DNA of 64,000 nt from Octopus vulgaris (lineage: Eukaryota). Position 1 is the first letter of the stretch, and each line of letters starts with the position of its first letter. The stretch lies in contig OX597832.1 of the NCBI GenBank assembly GCA_951406725.2, forward strand, positions 34,162,001 to 34,226,000, written 5' to 3'. The position numbers and the translations under genes are program-made. The notes beneath the pieces are model-generated. The model was not told the origin of the DNA. It saw nothing but the letters and a program-made list of their open reading frames with translations, and did not search any database. Below, one piece after another: positions 27,739-42,392 of this stretch.

Positions 27739-28879
27739 AATGTACATTAGATCATATATATCGACTCTACTCGTTAGAATTTTATGGTGGGGGGGGGGAC
27801 AATTAAAATTGCTTTTAGTCGCGATCTTGTCTGGAATTCACCGCTTATGTCGTAATTATAATCTAATTATAATGTTAAGACAACCTGTCGATGCCGAGTT
27901 ACCAATATCTCAGATGGTGGTTTCATTTGACAGAGAAATGCAATTACAGTTTGGAATAATTAGCCCAGAGAGAAACGAAAATATCTGTTTGGTCGCCATT
28001 GTTGACATAGAAGAAGAAGAAGAAGAAGCTCTCTTTCATGTTTTACATTTTTTTCTCTATCTCCATTGAAAGCACACACTGCGTTCAAATTAATGGTGAA
28101 GTAAAATACAAAGTTATGCTTGCAAATATCTGAGTCGGGTTGTCAGTGTTAATGATAGGTGTTATTACTTCCAACTGTGATTGTGATGTGTTTAATGGGC
28201 GAATGTGTGGCGGCGGGGGCCACACTCTCTTTGCTTTCTTTATCGTTTGTTTGTTTCAGCCTGTAATTTTTTCTCGGTACTTTTTTTTATATTTTTATTT
28301 GTCTTTATTAAATCACAAGCTGACGAATGCAATGATTCAAAAGGAAGAAAATAAATAAAAATGTAAATAAGTAGTAGGTGGTGGTGGTGGTGGTGGTTTT
28401 CTTTGCCACTGGGATGTCGTATGAGATATACATTACAAGGGCAGTGTACAATTTATGCGACAATTTACATAGAAGATGAGAGGAAAGAAAGGTGAGAGGG
28501 AAACGAGATAAAAGCAGAAAGTGTATACAGGATATGTGACCATATTCCTGATGCAGTCCTCCTGATACAGGAGAGCTGCCAACGAAGCCCATATATTCAG
28601 AGTCGCCCTGACCACCAAGGGCACAAGTTCTCACCAAACCGCTGTCCTCAGACCTTGCAGCTTCACCCACTGCACACCCGCTTTCGCCATTGCCTCTGAA
28701 CACAAACGAATTTGTTACAGTCACCTTGTACACCTCTACACGATTGAAACAAAAACTCTATCCTCTTTACATATGTGTGTCTGTGTGTGTTTCTGTGTGT
28801 GTATATGTATGTATATGTTTACATAAATATATATATCTATGTGTAAACATATATATATATATGCATGCATGGATGAGTG

Positions 28880-28919
<40 letters not shown>

Positions 28920-29570
28920 TAATTGCTTTTATTACTTTATACAAACACACACATACAGACACACAATATAATTCCTATCATTTGAATATTACGATGATTG
29001 TAGACAGCTTATCATTAATCCGGAAAGATAACATTTTGGAAGAGATTTATTGTTTTGATTGTTTTCTATCTCCAGATAAAAATAGTTCTTTTACTATCAG
29101 CAATAACCTTTTCCCTCCTCTAACAAGAGTTTTTGGGTTATCCAGACCCAATTCCTGCTACAAGTTAAAAGCCAATAACGGAACTGTTTGACCAGCTAGA
29201 AATATTAGCCATCTCACTTTTAAATGATGCCATGTTTCCCTCGGAAATGAACAACCACATTTGACAGTATAGTGTTATGTTTCGAAATAGAAGAGATGGT
29301 CACAGCAGGAATGTCTATGATCGTAAAACTACTCGATAGGAGTTCGTCTACTGCCATACTGTAAGAACATACATCTGTGCATGTGTATATACGTCTGCAT
29401 ATGCATATATATGTGTTCATCAATCAACTAGTCAATTAATTAAATAATCAACATATCAGTTTTCGATGATTTTTCGGGTTGTTCTCGCAGGAATACAGTT
29501 CTTCCATGGTGTGTAGAGCAATTCATTGAAAAAACGAGGTGTTTATTACTCCACTTCGTGTCCCTATAAA

Positions 29571-30150
29571 GTATAAGGGTAAGTCAAATATTATACAAAC
29601 TGTTTTTTTCTGTAATTCATTAAAACAAAAGCAGCGGTTGAACAACTACATCATATTTCGATATGATAGAGTCTCCCTGCTTTTCGGTGCGCATCTTCCA
29701 GCAGTCCATAGGCTTGCGTATTTCATCGGAAGAAAAGGTTTGCTGTTGGTCTTTCAATCATTGATGCACCGTCTCCTGCGCTTCTTCTCCGAGGAAAATC
29801 AACGACCTCGTAAAGCATGCTTGAGTGCTCCAAAGAGGTAAGTCAGAAGAGAGGAGATCGGGCCTGTATGCTGGATGTTCCAACAACTCGAAACCCAATT
29901 GTTCAATGGTTTCAAAGGTGTGGGCAGCCGTATGGGATCGAACACAGTCATGCTGTAATAACAGTTGCTTTGACAATAAACCTCGGCGTTTGGTTTCAAA
30001 TTGCTGCTTCCAGTTTGTTGGTCAGCATTTCATTGTAGCCTACACTGGGGACGGTACCCCGCTCTTCCATTTTGCATCCTCCAAAAATGATTAGCATCAC
30101 TTTTTGAGTCTTGAATTACATTTTCGTTTGCGATTCCAGGTATTTTTTAT
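29571..30150 (-). mobile_element. Mariner (DD34D) transposon remnant, transposase C-terminal half plus one TIR
   Basis: LLLQHDCVRSHTAAHT..LGFELLEHPAYRPDLLSSD / YLFGALKHALRGR matches HDNARPH...HPPYSPDLAPSDYHLF; upstream FKTQ-KVML; TIR-like TA-TAAGGGTAAGTCAAATATTAT at about 29572. Confidence 0.85.
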
Positions 30151-30264
30151 TGCATAATCTCCTATAAGAATTCTGGCGCTAAGTGATAGTCCTAAGGTTT
30201 GATGAGCCGACTCTGTCACAGTGGCTCGACATGGCTTGGCAGCGAAACGGAGTTTATATACCCA

Positions 30265-30432
30265 GGAGTAGTTAGGTCGATTACCTTGAACCCAGTACTC
30301 AGCTGATACCTATTTTATCGACCCTGAAATGATGAAAGGCAAGGTAGACCTTGAACTCAGAACATAAAGACGGACGAAATACCGCTGAGCATTTCAGTCC
30401 GGTGTGTTACCGATTTCGCTCGCTCGCCGCCT
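30265..30432 (-). mobile_element. SINE family 2
   Basis: Same core as 22775-22982. Confidence 0.7.
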
Positions 30433-31195
30433 GATTCGGGATCTATCTCGGAAATATGCATTTTGTTATTCGTATTACAGGGTACGTTGGGAAGAGAAAA
30501 TATTTAAACTGCTGGAGCAAAAGTCTTGGGGTCTATTTCCAGCACTGGAAATCAAATTTAAATCGTTACAACCGAATATCCTTTACCACGCACTTCAAAT
30601 TTCTGGTCGTGCACACATACTTTACAAATAGTTATTACTAATATCATATATGGCGTTGAATAGGGGGAGATGTTTAAAGGGTGGTAGCTTGTGGTATCTC
30701 TATGTCCCTTTAAATCGACTTTCCCTTTCAAACTTCTGACATCGATATAATACTGGCCAACTATCGGAGTAGACTTAATCGATTAACTTCCCAAATTGCT
30801 GGTTTGATATCAATGTTAGAAATTATTGTTGTTACGACGACGACGACCACCACCACCACCACTACTACTACTACTACTTGCTTTGTATTTCCTCCTTTTG
30901 TGTTGCCCTCCATCTCTTGGGACACTGAGGCTAATAAAAGATTGTCATTATTATTTGTTGTTGTTGAATGCATAACTTGTACAGCCACTAATTTTCGTCT
31001 TTTGTAAGAATAAACAACTTTACCGGTTTTGCATTTTCTATGGAAAGAGTAAAATAAAACATATGCGTGGTTGCGTGACAGAGAGAAGTAGAGAGAGAGA
31101 GAGAAAGAGAGAAATAAAGACTGTTCCATTTCTCTCCATACATTATATATATATGTGTGTGTGTGTGTACATATACATATTGGGTGTAGATATAT

Positions 31196-31226
<31 letters not shown>

Positions 31227-31380
31227 TTAATGCTGACTTACATGTCAAGTTAAATATAGGAACAATTTCAGTGAACAATTAAGAAGCAGATTATCGTAAG
31301 AGTAGTAAGAGTACACGAGTGAGTTTTACAAGAGAAAGGTGAGCAATGAGGTCGGAGTATCGTTTTCATTGGTTTCATCA

Positions 31381-31426
31381 GACCGTCCGATGAAAACAAA
31401 CAAGCCGAAACTTCGAGGTCACTGTC
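31381..31426 (+). ncRNA. Degenerate type I hammerhead-like motif
   Basis: Stem I GACCGT/ACTGTC (5 of 6 pairs), CCGATGA, eroded stem II, GAAAC-TTCGAG-GTC. Confidence 0.45.
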
Positions 31427-32730
31427 AAATTTTTCTTTGTGAATGCTGCCGAAACAGCTGTTGTGAATTTTGAACACTACCTGTGTTCTTATTTCATATA
31501 TATATATATAGTGTGTGAGTGTTGTATATACATAGGTATACAATGAATACATCTATATGTATATACATATATACACCAGTGGCTAAAACTGCAACTGAGT
31601 GAATGTTTTAATCTGAATTATTTATTTATATTTATGAGTTATTTGTGCGTGAGGGGGGGAGGAGGAGGAGGAGGGCTGAGCGAGTGTATGACACTGTTTA
31701 GTCTCGATATACGTTTGTAACAATATCTGTTTGTGACACTATTCACTTGTCACACTCTATGTTAGTCACACTATCTCTAGACTACACTGTCTGTGTGTCT
31801 CACTCCCTGTACACCCACACCACTCTGTCTGCGACTTATAGGTTTGTTTCCAAGCAATGACGAGATTTGATTTGAAGAGAAGATAAAGAAAAGTGAATTA
31901 TGAAAAGAAAAAAAAATCGCCAACAAACTCGCTTCTCCTGCTTCTCCTCGCTTCTCGATTCTCTCGATTCTCCTCGCTTCTCCGCATAGATCTGATCTCT
32001 TTGATCAAGATGCAATCTTTCCAGAACTTTCCTTCAAAAGAATAACTGTACACAATAGCCACAAAGCCTGTTTTCTCTACAATAAGCATCTTTAATCTCA
32101 TTGACATCTTGCATAGAGCTGCAGCTGGTCGTCGTACCGAGCGAGCCGTTTCGTGTCGATAGGATAACTTAGTGCATACAAGTCAATGTAGCGTGTTCGT
32201 ATCACGTTAGACGTAGCCGAGAAAATTCATTCAGAAGCTACTAAATGATATATAAATACGTATTTGTACACATGTGTATCAGGTTTAAAATTAAAGCAAA
32301 AGAACAGTACTGTGCTTACGGTGTTTGTTTACACTTCAGTTGTTGAGAGTGCTTAACATTTTGGGCGTTAGTCTTTCATCAGAAAGAATCGATAATCTTA
32401 GGAAGAGAGTGGGGTACAAAGTGAGTATAATGGGGAAATATTAATTAGAATAATTAAACAAGTAATTGGGGAAATGACGCAGACAGAATGAGAAAGTTTA
32501 CAAATCGAGGACAGTGAACTCCTGTGGGAGAGTCAGGAGCAGAGGAGAGGTGGATGTGTTGATGCATGAACCAAACTGATTTATGTATAAAAGCATGAAT
32601 AAGGAAGAATGCTGCGTGTGTGATGAGGAGGTGCATGAATGCTTATACTGTGTGAAGGAGTGTGAATTGGGCAGCGTTGGTTACTGGTGTGCTACGAGAT
32701 GACGATGGTTCTGTATAAATATAAGCGTCT

Positions 32731-32766
<36 letters not shown>

Positions 32767-32819
32767 AATGCGTGAATGTGTCTGTATATGTGGAAGAGAG
32801 TTGCTGGTGAATGTAAGCG

Positions 32820-32862
<43 letters not shown>

Positions 32863-32879
32863 AAAATAGCAAAAGATAA

Positions 32880-33195
32880 TATGAGAGCACTATGTCGGTT
32901 ACGACGACGAGGGTCCAACTGAAGCGATCAACGGAACAGCTTGCTCGTGAAATTAACATGCAAGTGGTTGAGCAATCCACAGACACGTGTACCCCTAACG
33001 TAATTCTCAGGAAGATTCAGCGTGACACAGAGTGTCACAAGGCTGGCCCTTTGAAATACAGATACTACTCAATTTTGGCAGCTGAGTGGACTGGAGCAAC
33101 GTGAAATAAGTGTCTTGCTCAAGGGCACAACGCATCGCCGGGAATTGACTCAAGACCTTACAATCGAGAGTCTAATGCCCTAACCACTGAGCAAC
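32880..33195 (-). mobile_element. tRNA-derived SINE (family 3 head, different body)
   Basis: Minus strand GCTCAGTGGTTAGGGCATT...GAGTCAATTCCCGG...TTGAGCAAGACACTTATTTCACGTTGCTCCAGTCCACTCAGCTG. Confidence 0.8.
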
Positions 33196-33199
33196 ACAC

Positions 33200-33309
<110 letters not shown>

Positions 33310-33387
33310 GCACACACACATTCAAATAAAGGCTAACGGTTTGAAACCGTTATCTCAGCATGTATTTCTAATGAGTATATCTTTACT

Positions 33388-33470
33388 ACCTCTGAAGGGA
33401 TTCATCTTATATGATTTTAATTTTATAAATTAATTATCTACAGATTACTGACTCGAAACAGCTGTCAGAG
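33388..33470 (+). ncRNA. Degenerate hammerhead-like motif with long stem II
   Basis: CTGAAGG, stem II GATTCA...TGACTC, GAAAC-AGCT-GTC-AG. Confidence 0.45.
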
Positions 33471-34328
33471 ATGTTGTCATATCTTATAATTAATAAATAT
33501 TTTATTACCTCAACATTTTCTCCTTATATATATGTGAGTGTGTGTGTATTCATACATATATATACATATCTATGCATATATACAAATAAATACATATTTA
33601 TACACACATGTATATATGTGTGTATATATATATATATATATAAATACATACATGCTTATGCATACGTACACATACAAATATATCTGTACATATGGATTTG
33701 TGCATACATCCATACATGCATGCAAAAATACATACACACATACGTACATAAGTACATACATACGTACGTTCATTATTCATTGTGTATATATAAATGTGTG
33801 TGTGTGTCTGTATATTATATATCTCTGGCAATAACTTCTTAAATATATCTATACCACCCAATGTAGTTTTCCTTCGTTCCAGAATTGTTGAAGTAAGGTT
33901 GAACTGACCCCAATATGGACGCTATACGTGGTGCCATGGAAACCTTCCACAAAACTGGTGGCAAGCATTTTCAATTGATATTCCAGCTGATGGCAAATGT
34001 GAAGCGAATCCTTGTGAATATTTCACACTTGAGTTCCTCAACAAATGGAATAAAATGTTTGTTCTGAAAATGACGACGAAAAGAGATGCACGTTTCAAAA
34101 TCATACACTTGCGTGATGAAGCATGTGACAATAACTTATTTGGATAGGGATGTATAAAAGGGGCAAGTTAGAAAACCCCTATTAGGGATGGAAATTAGTC
34201 ACTGTAATGAGAAGTAATATTTGCGTCACTTCAACATGGCTGTTCCGTACGAACCGACGTTGCTGCCATTTTTAACCCCAAGAAGAAGCTTCCTCTAGCT
34301 GGTTATCGATTTGTCTGCATTGATTGGT

Positions 34329-34587
34329 CTTTCCAGAAATTTATCATTTAAGTATATATGAGCATGTCAAGATACGCAACTACATGCATGAACAGGCATG
34401 AACACACATACATAAAACAAAACATGCAAATCTGTACACATACATACCTACCTACCTACGTACATACATACATATATAAATATCGTGTTGATGTTATTCA
34501 AATTCCAGTGTAGGTGTTTTGGATCTAGGTTAGAAACCAGCCCTTTCTCTATTGACTAGAAATTTCAAAATAAAACTGAAAAATGAC
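34329..34587 (+). mobile_element. R4/Dong-like LINE, 3' end only (copy A)
   Basis: CTTTCCAG.A.TTTATCATTTAAGTATATATGAGCATGTC..AAAACATGCAAATCTG..TTGGATCTAG..AGAAACC..CTTTCTCTATTG, homologous to the 3' end of 34643-35310. Confidence 0.75.
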
Positions 34588-34642
34588 ATACATACACACA
34601 TACATACGTACATATATACATACATGCATAATACATACACAG

Positions 34643-35310
34643 CCCGAGAACAAAGACCTAAGAACATACTGTGGTAGAAGCCATGGCCGTACTAGGAGAA
34701 CGTCCCAGTGGAAACCTCAGTAAAATGTAAACCTGATATAATGATTTGGGGTAGAAATGAGAGACTGTATACAGTTGTGGAAATCAGCTGCCCAGCGGAT
34801 GTTAACATAAAGTGGAGGATATGTGAAAAAGAATATCTACGCCGAACTATTGAGAAATATGTAGTTACTGTATCCAGTTTACATTTCAGGTTTAAACCTG
34901 TGATTATTGGGGCACTAGGAAATGTAACACACCGCTTAAATACCAAACTTGAGAGATTAGGCTTCTGAAAACCAGAAAGGAGAAAGCTGATTCGAACACT
35001 ACAGATCCAGTCCATAGCTGGAACTGTAAAAATCTGTAAAACTTTCCAGTAGTTTATCATTTAAGTATATATGAGCATGTCTAGATATGCAAGTATAGAT
35101 ATGCAAGTATATGCATGACAATACATACGTAAGATAAAACATGCAAATCTGCACGGATACATACATACATACATACATACACACGCACACACATGCAAAA
35201 ATTTCCCTTTTGTCAATGCAGAAATTTCAATGAAGGAACCTTGGATCTAGAACAGAAACCGGCTCTTTCTCTATTGTCAAGAAATCTCCACATAAACTGA
35301 ATAACGGCAT
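34643..35310 (+). mobile_element. R4/Dong-like LINE, RLE endonuclease and 3' UTR (copy B)
   Basis: KPDIMIW..VVEISCPAD (PD-(D/E)xK-type RLE)..FKPVIIGALG..LQIQSIAGTVKICKTF; disrupted by stops and frameshifts. Confidence 0.85.
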
Positions 35311-35329
35311 TATGTGTGTGCGTGTGTAT

Positions 35330-36793
<1,464 letters not shown>

Positions 36794-36840
36794 CATACAT
36801 ATACATATATATACATACATACACACACATATACACACAT

Positions 36841-36941
<101 letters not shown>

Positions 36942-37129
36942 TTATATATATATACACACACATATATTATATATATATATACACACACATATATATATAT
37001 ATATATATACACACACATATATTATATATATATATACACACACATATATTATATATATATATATACACACACATATATTATATATATATATACACACATA
37101 TATTATATATATATATATACACACACATA

Positions 37130-37223
<94 letters not shown>

Positions 37224-37249
37224 TATATACATACATATATATGTATGTA

Positions 37250-37640
37250 TAGGCACAGGTATAGCTGTGTGGTAAGAAGCTTGCTTCCCAACCCACATCG
37301 TTCGAGATTCAGCCCTACTGCGTGGAACTTTGGGCAATCCCAGACCGAAAAGAACCTTATGAATGGATTTGGCGCACAGAAACTGGAAGAAGTCTGTTGT
37401 GCATAAATAATTTTGTGTGTGCGCGCGCTTGTGTGCGTGGAGTGGGGTGTGTGGGTGGGATGGAGCATTTGTGTGTGGGTAGGTGTGGGACTTTGTATTT
37501 GTCCCCATCAACACTTGAAGATGTCGGTGTTAGTCTTTTGCGTTCGGCAAAAGAAACCAACAGAATCAGTACCAGTCTCGACATGTATTGGGGTTGATTT
37601 TTATGTTCAAAATCCTGCAAGATGCTGCCCCAGCATGACT
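37250..37640 (+). mobile_element. SINE family 1, diverged
   Basis: Head AGGCACAGG..GCTGTGTGGTAAGAAGCTTGCTTCCCAA; tail GCTGCCCCAGCATGAC. Confidence 0.75.
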
Positions 37641-37644
37641 TGAC

Positions 37645-38192
37645 GCCAAGAACGGATATCTCGAGGATTTGCCAGAAACTGTTTGCAAATTTTCACCCGT
37701 CGTTGTGCCTCGTCATTTCACGAGGAACCTCTCGACAGCAACTGGTTAAAATGCCTAGCTGAAGAAGGTGTCGATTGATAGAGTTTTGTGAGGGGACCAA
37801 GTTCTGCTGACAATGTAGGAGCGCTTGTGTTGGCTGTTGTTCAACCATTTCAAAAGACGCTTGACCTTTATTTGTCTTCGAGGTTTGTGTCACCTTCCTT
37901 GAACGTCTAAACTAGTTTCGTGCCACTCGTTCGTTGACAGTTCCTGGGCCTTCCATATTATTAATTTCTTTTGCCGCTGCCCTTGCACTCTGTCCTTCTT
38001 TCACCACTCATAATCAAGACTGTGAAATAAAGAATAACTAATTAATGTTTATATGTTCGATACGAAAATAAAGAATAAACAAATCAGCAATGGTTGGACA
38101 ACAAGTTGTATCAAATTGATGACATAACACCAGATGCAAGTTGCCAAAAATCATCGATAAAAATCCGAAAATCTTTTGACTGAACCTGGTAT
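37645..38192 (-). mobile_element. Mariner remnant, N-terminal HTH region plus one TIR
   Basis: GQSARAAAKEINNMEGPGTVNERVARN*FRR / KEGDTNLEDK*RS / REVPREMT (WVPHEL-like); TIR-like TA-CCAGGTTCAGTCAAAAGATTTTCGGATTT at about 38191-38160. Confidence 0.7.
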
Positions 38193-39068
38193 GGCGGCAC
38201 ACTCGGTTATGTTTATCAATATCTAAGATACAATAAGGAGAAGCTAGATTTTTCAAGAAAAGAAAGAGATCGACTAACACGGACTTCACTGATATAATCA
38301 ATAAACGGAACATTAAAAATATGCAAGATTTTTTCACATTCATTACAAATGCTAACTCTGAAGCATTTGTTTCTTTGTTACAAACTGTGGTTCTCTCCTC
38401 GGAATAACTCTAACAAATAGTTAAATTATTAAAAGGGAACATAAATTCAAAGAGTAAAAGATTAACAACGGACGGGGGCTTCGAAACATCTCAAATCTAT
38501 ATCCGGATTATAAATTCACACTTATACCAATGTTAATTAGTGTACTGAGTTTTGTGATTAAATGCTTATGGGATAATCTGGATAGGCTGAGGTTTTCAGA
38601 AAAAGTAATCAGCCATTTGATTCTTACATTACAAACTGATTCTGTAAGCAGAACAGAAAAGAATATGCGAGACTTTTCTCAAGTTCAAAATGTTGAAATG
38701 CCTTTGGTTTCCACATTCCAACGATTGAGCGTTGTATTCTTCTTAGAAAATATCTCCTTCCTTATAGGAAGATTTGAAATAATTAAAAATACAAGAGAAC
38801 ATACGTACACAAACCAACATACATGTGTAGATACGTACGTACGCACAAACATACATACATACAAAACTTGATTCGTAAGTAATTAATTCGGCAACTAACA
38901 ACCTTGCCTCAATTTTGAGAAGCTGAGCTTGACAAAACCGGAAGAATTACAAAATTATATATCCAAGAGATAAAAAATATTTGTTAGTAATTACGTGAAT
39001 TAGAAATTTCGAACTTGAATCATTAATGGAACTGTGAATGTAGGCGAAACATTGCGTACATATTTGTG

Positions 39069-39833
39069 CAGGATGTTGGGCTGAATTTCCTAATTTGCAT
39101 AGAAAAGAAAATTCTGTCTCATTCCCTCCATCAAAGAAAAAAGAATATTTATAAAAAATTTTTAAAATATCAACAAGATTATGGCCAGAGATAACAGTTT
39201 ATTCGATGTAGCTGCCCTCAGCTTCCACCTTAGTCTTCAAACGACTCCCTAAGAAGATCTTCGAACACTTCTTTAATCTTGGCCACCCCCTTGGACATCG
39301 TGTAGCAGGCAGAGCGATCTGCATTCCACATTTCGTAATCCATGGGATAGTTAGGAGGCCAGATATTTGGACAGGTGAAAATCTCCGACAAACACTTCTC
39401 ACTATTTCTGTAAGCATGGGAGAAGCTGATTCCTGCTGCCACACATGACTTTCCAGCAGCAACCTTCACCAGCCAGGCACTGGCCACAGTCTCCAGCAGC
39501 TTTACATAACCGTCTGAATTGAGCTTAAGGCCCAGTTCAGAGATGTACGGCGGCACATTACCCCTGATAGAGATACACGAAAAGACCATCACAATTTAGG
39601 GGATCTTTGTTTTCATGATGTCCACGTCACGTCTTACAGCCTTTCGGTGTTCACAAAGCACTGAGCAGCAGTCATGGTATTGGTATTTTGATACCAGATA
39701 TGAGTAACTCTTTTCCAATATTCAGACGGTTTCTACTCCTCTGATATCTGATAACTTTTTATCAGCCGCAATTTTAATCTTTATTCTCTCAAGTATCGTT
39801 AACTTTTCGTCAAATTTAGACCCCCAAAACCTG
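39069..39833 (-). mobile_element. Tc1/mariner (DD37D/maT-like) internally deleted remnant
   Basis: VMVFSCIS..PPYISELGLKLNSDGYVKLLETV..W..VAAG / VWQQESA / IWPPN..PMDY..W / KVEAEGSYIE; imperfect CAGG..TTGGG..CT.AATTT termini. Confidence 0.75.
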
Positions 39834-40644
39834 TGAATTCGAAGTTATATAATTAGATACATGCATAGATACATTTTTCCATTCATATATGCACGCATAC
39901 CTAATACATATGTACATACAGACATATAGGCACACATACATACATACACATACTTTTGGAAAAAGCTTGTATTGCGCTACCGAATACGGCAGCTACAAGC
40001 ACTACTACTACTACTACAGTAGTAATGATAATCGAAGCAAGAATAAGCAAGATTGGGGCTATTGATGAGAACGGAGAAGCCAGTTATATTGTATATAGCT
40101 TCAACATTATCAACTGTTAACTTTGTGAGATGGGAACAATGGAATACAAGTAGCAGGAAATCGCTTATCATGCGCAGAACTCATCACCTAAAAGCATAGA
40201 TAGATCGAACTTTAGTTTCGAGAATAAACAAAAGATGTATAGGACGGCTTCCCCATAAAACTCTAGCTACAAGTCACTCACTTAGACTGGACAACGGACT
40301 GTGTAATAAATGGTGGGGCGGGGTGACTATACAATGCTGTAATTATCTAAATGCAGTTTAGAAGTAAAGTACGGTGCAGTATACAGTGAAATGTTGTATA
40401 TTGCTTTTGATGGTGGACTTTTAGAGAATTATATCGAAGAAGATGACAAAGAGGAAGAGAAAGAAGCGAGTTGTGCAAATTGAATTCAACAACGATGTTA
40501 GATGGTAGATGCTTAGATTTGGTTAAATAATGTGGAAACAAGAAGCTCTTCACCGACTTATTTGACAACATGCTGACAATGTTAGCTTCGTATCTTCTTC
40601 AAAGGTCACAACCTACACCGTCTTTACAAAAAATATTTGAAGAG

Positions 40645-40812
40645 ACTGGCATGGCTTTGTGGTTAAAAAGCTCTCTCTTTGCAACCAGATGATCGCGGGT
40701 TCAGTCCTACCGCACGAACTCCTTGGATAAGTGTCTTCTATCATAGTTCTCGACCGACCAATACCTTGTGAGTAAATATGGTTGAGAGAAACTGTGTGGA
40801 AGCCCATCGTAT
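40645..40812 (+). mobile_element. SINE family 1 head fragment
   Basis: GGCATGGCTTTGTGGTTAA..GGGTTCAGTCCTACCGC..AAGTGTCTTCTA. Confidence 0.65.
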
Positions 40813-41431
40813 AGATATCATTCTTTAATATTAACTCTATTAAGATTTTCTAAGGAAATTCGAGTCAGCAGTGAAAGTTACACCTTTTCGTATACGAATA
40901 CGTCTATGTAAACAATGGGATCGAACATAGAAAAATAGCCGAGGGGTGCGGATGCATATTTCTGGAAAAAGGGCTCCTTCTTAAGCACCACATCCAACGC
41001 ATTAACCATCCACGAACACACTGCTTAAATAGTCACTAAATTTAGCGGTGTAACACAAATGGATAAACCAATTTTAAATGTTAAACGCATTTCTGGCAAC
41101 TGGTACGTACGTATTAATTGTTGGTAGGGTTAACGTATTTCCTTCTGCAGCTATAATACCAGGTATGTTAAAGACTTATAAGGTAATACTTTGTCCTACT
41201 TGTGTTAGCCGTGCGATTCAATCATTCCTGAAATATGCATATACACTCATTAACTTCGATTGCATTGTTTACACGTGTATTCGTAGACGAAACGTCGCAA
41301 TTATCAATTCTGGCTCTAATTTCAATAAAAATTACGTAGAGATAACATCAAAAACTGATTGAATCGCACTGCTAACACGGGTAGGACACAATATTGACAT
41401 ATAAGCCTTTTAATATACTTGTTAGTAATAC

Positions 41432-41560
41432 ATGGTGGTGAGCTGGCAGAACCGGTAACATGCTGGACAAAATGGTTTGCGGCATTTCGCCCGACTTTAC
41501 GTTCTGAGTTCAAATTCCGCCTAGGTCGACTTTTCTTTTAATTCTTTCGAATCATAAAAA
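41432..41560 (+). mobile_element. SINE family 2 head
   Basis: GGTGGTGAGCTGGCAGAA..GTTCTGAGTTCAAATTCCGCC..GTCGACTTT. Confidence 0.7.
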
Positions 41561-41827
41561 TAATTACTAGCTGAGAATTTTGCCCGCCCCAGATTTATTG
41601 GCTTTGCGCCAAAATTTGGAACCAATATACTTGGTAGTACATAATACTGTATAACGAAATACGGTGTCCCTGCTAGCAATTGATGTATGCTTTTGTCTGT
41701 GTTTGTGTATGAATGTATGTGTGTGCGCGCTGTGTATGTATGTGGCGGCACATGGCTGAGTAGTAAATACAGATTGATCAATGATTTATCAGTGGCATCT
41801 CCTGAACGGGCAGTATGCAGAATACTG

Positions 41828-41874
<47 letters not shown>

Positions 41875-41875
<1 letters not shown>

Positions 41876-42161
41876 TAGCAGTATCGCCCGGCGTTTCTCG
41901 GGTTTGTAAGGGAAATAACTATATAAGCATTTTTCGAGAGTTACTTCCCTTATATAACCCGAGCAAAAATCATAAAAAATGCGGAAAAATGATGGTAATT
42001 TTTTTTTAAATCGTAGACTCATCGTAGACGCGCGCTAATACCCAGAAGGGCTCGATATGAATGACGACTATAAGATACCCGCTTTTGGTTAAATTGCACC
42101 GCAAAATGTGGGAGTAGTTAGGAATCTAAATCGGAGGAGACAGAGTCTCACACACACAACT

Positions 42162-42175
<14 letters not shown>
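41875..42175 (-). mobile_element. Non-autonomous Helitron
   Basis: Minus-strand 3' end ACCCGAGAAACGCCGGGCGATACTG-CTAG|T (GC hairpin plus CTRR); the 5' end merges into (TA)n. Confidence 0.7.
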
Positions 42176-42223
<48 letters not shown>

Positions 42224-42285
42224 GTGTGATGTGCGTGTGTAGAAAATAGACAGAAGTAATGGGTAATATACATTTATTTATTAGA

Positions 42286-42392
42286 AGCTTACAGCTGTTT
42301 CGTATATGTGCTTGAGTGAGTTCATAGTTCAGTTTTATTGATCGACTGAAAAATATAAGGAACCATCAGCCTAAGATATCTTCTTTAGAGTC
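42286..42392 (-). ncRNA. Degenerate hammerhead-like motif with ~80-nt stem II
   Basis: Minus strand CTAAAGA...(TTCAGT/ACTGAA and GTTC/GAAC helices)...GAAAC-AGCT-GTA-AG. Confidence 0.45.

Noticed and set aside
33950-34075. Weak resemblance to a Helitron PIF1 helicase segment (SIDIPAD...TLEFLNK)
   Set aside because: Too short and divergent to support without a search.
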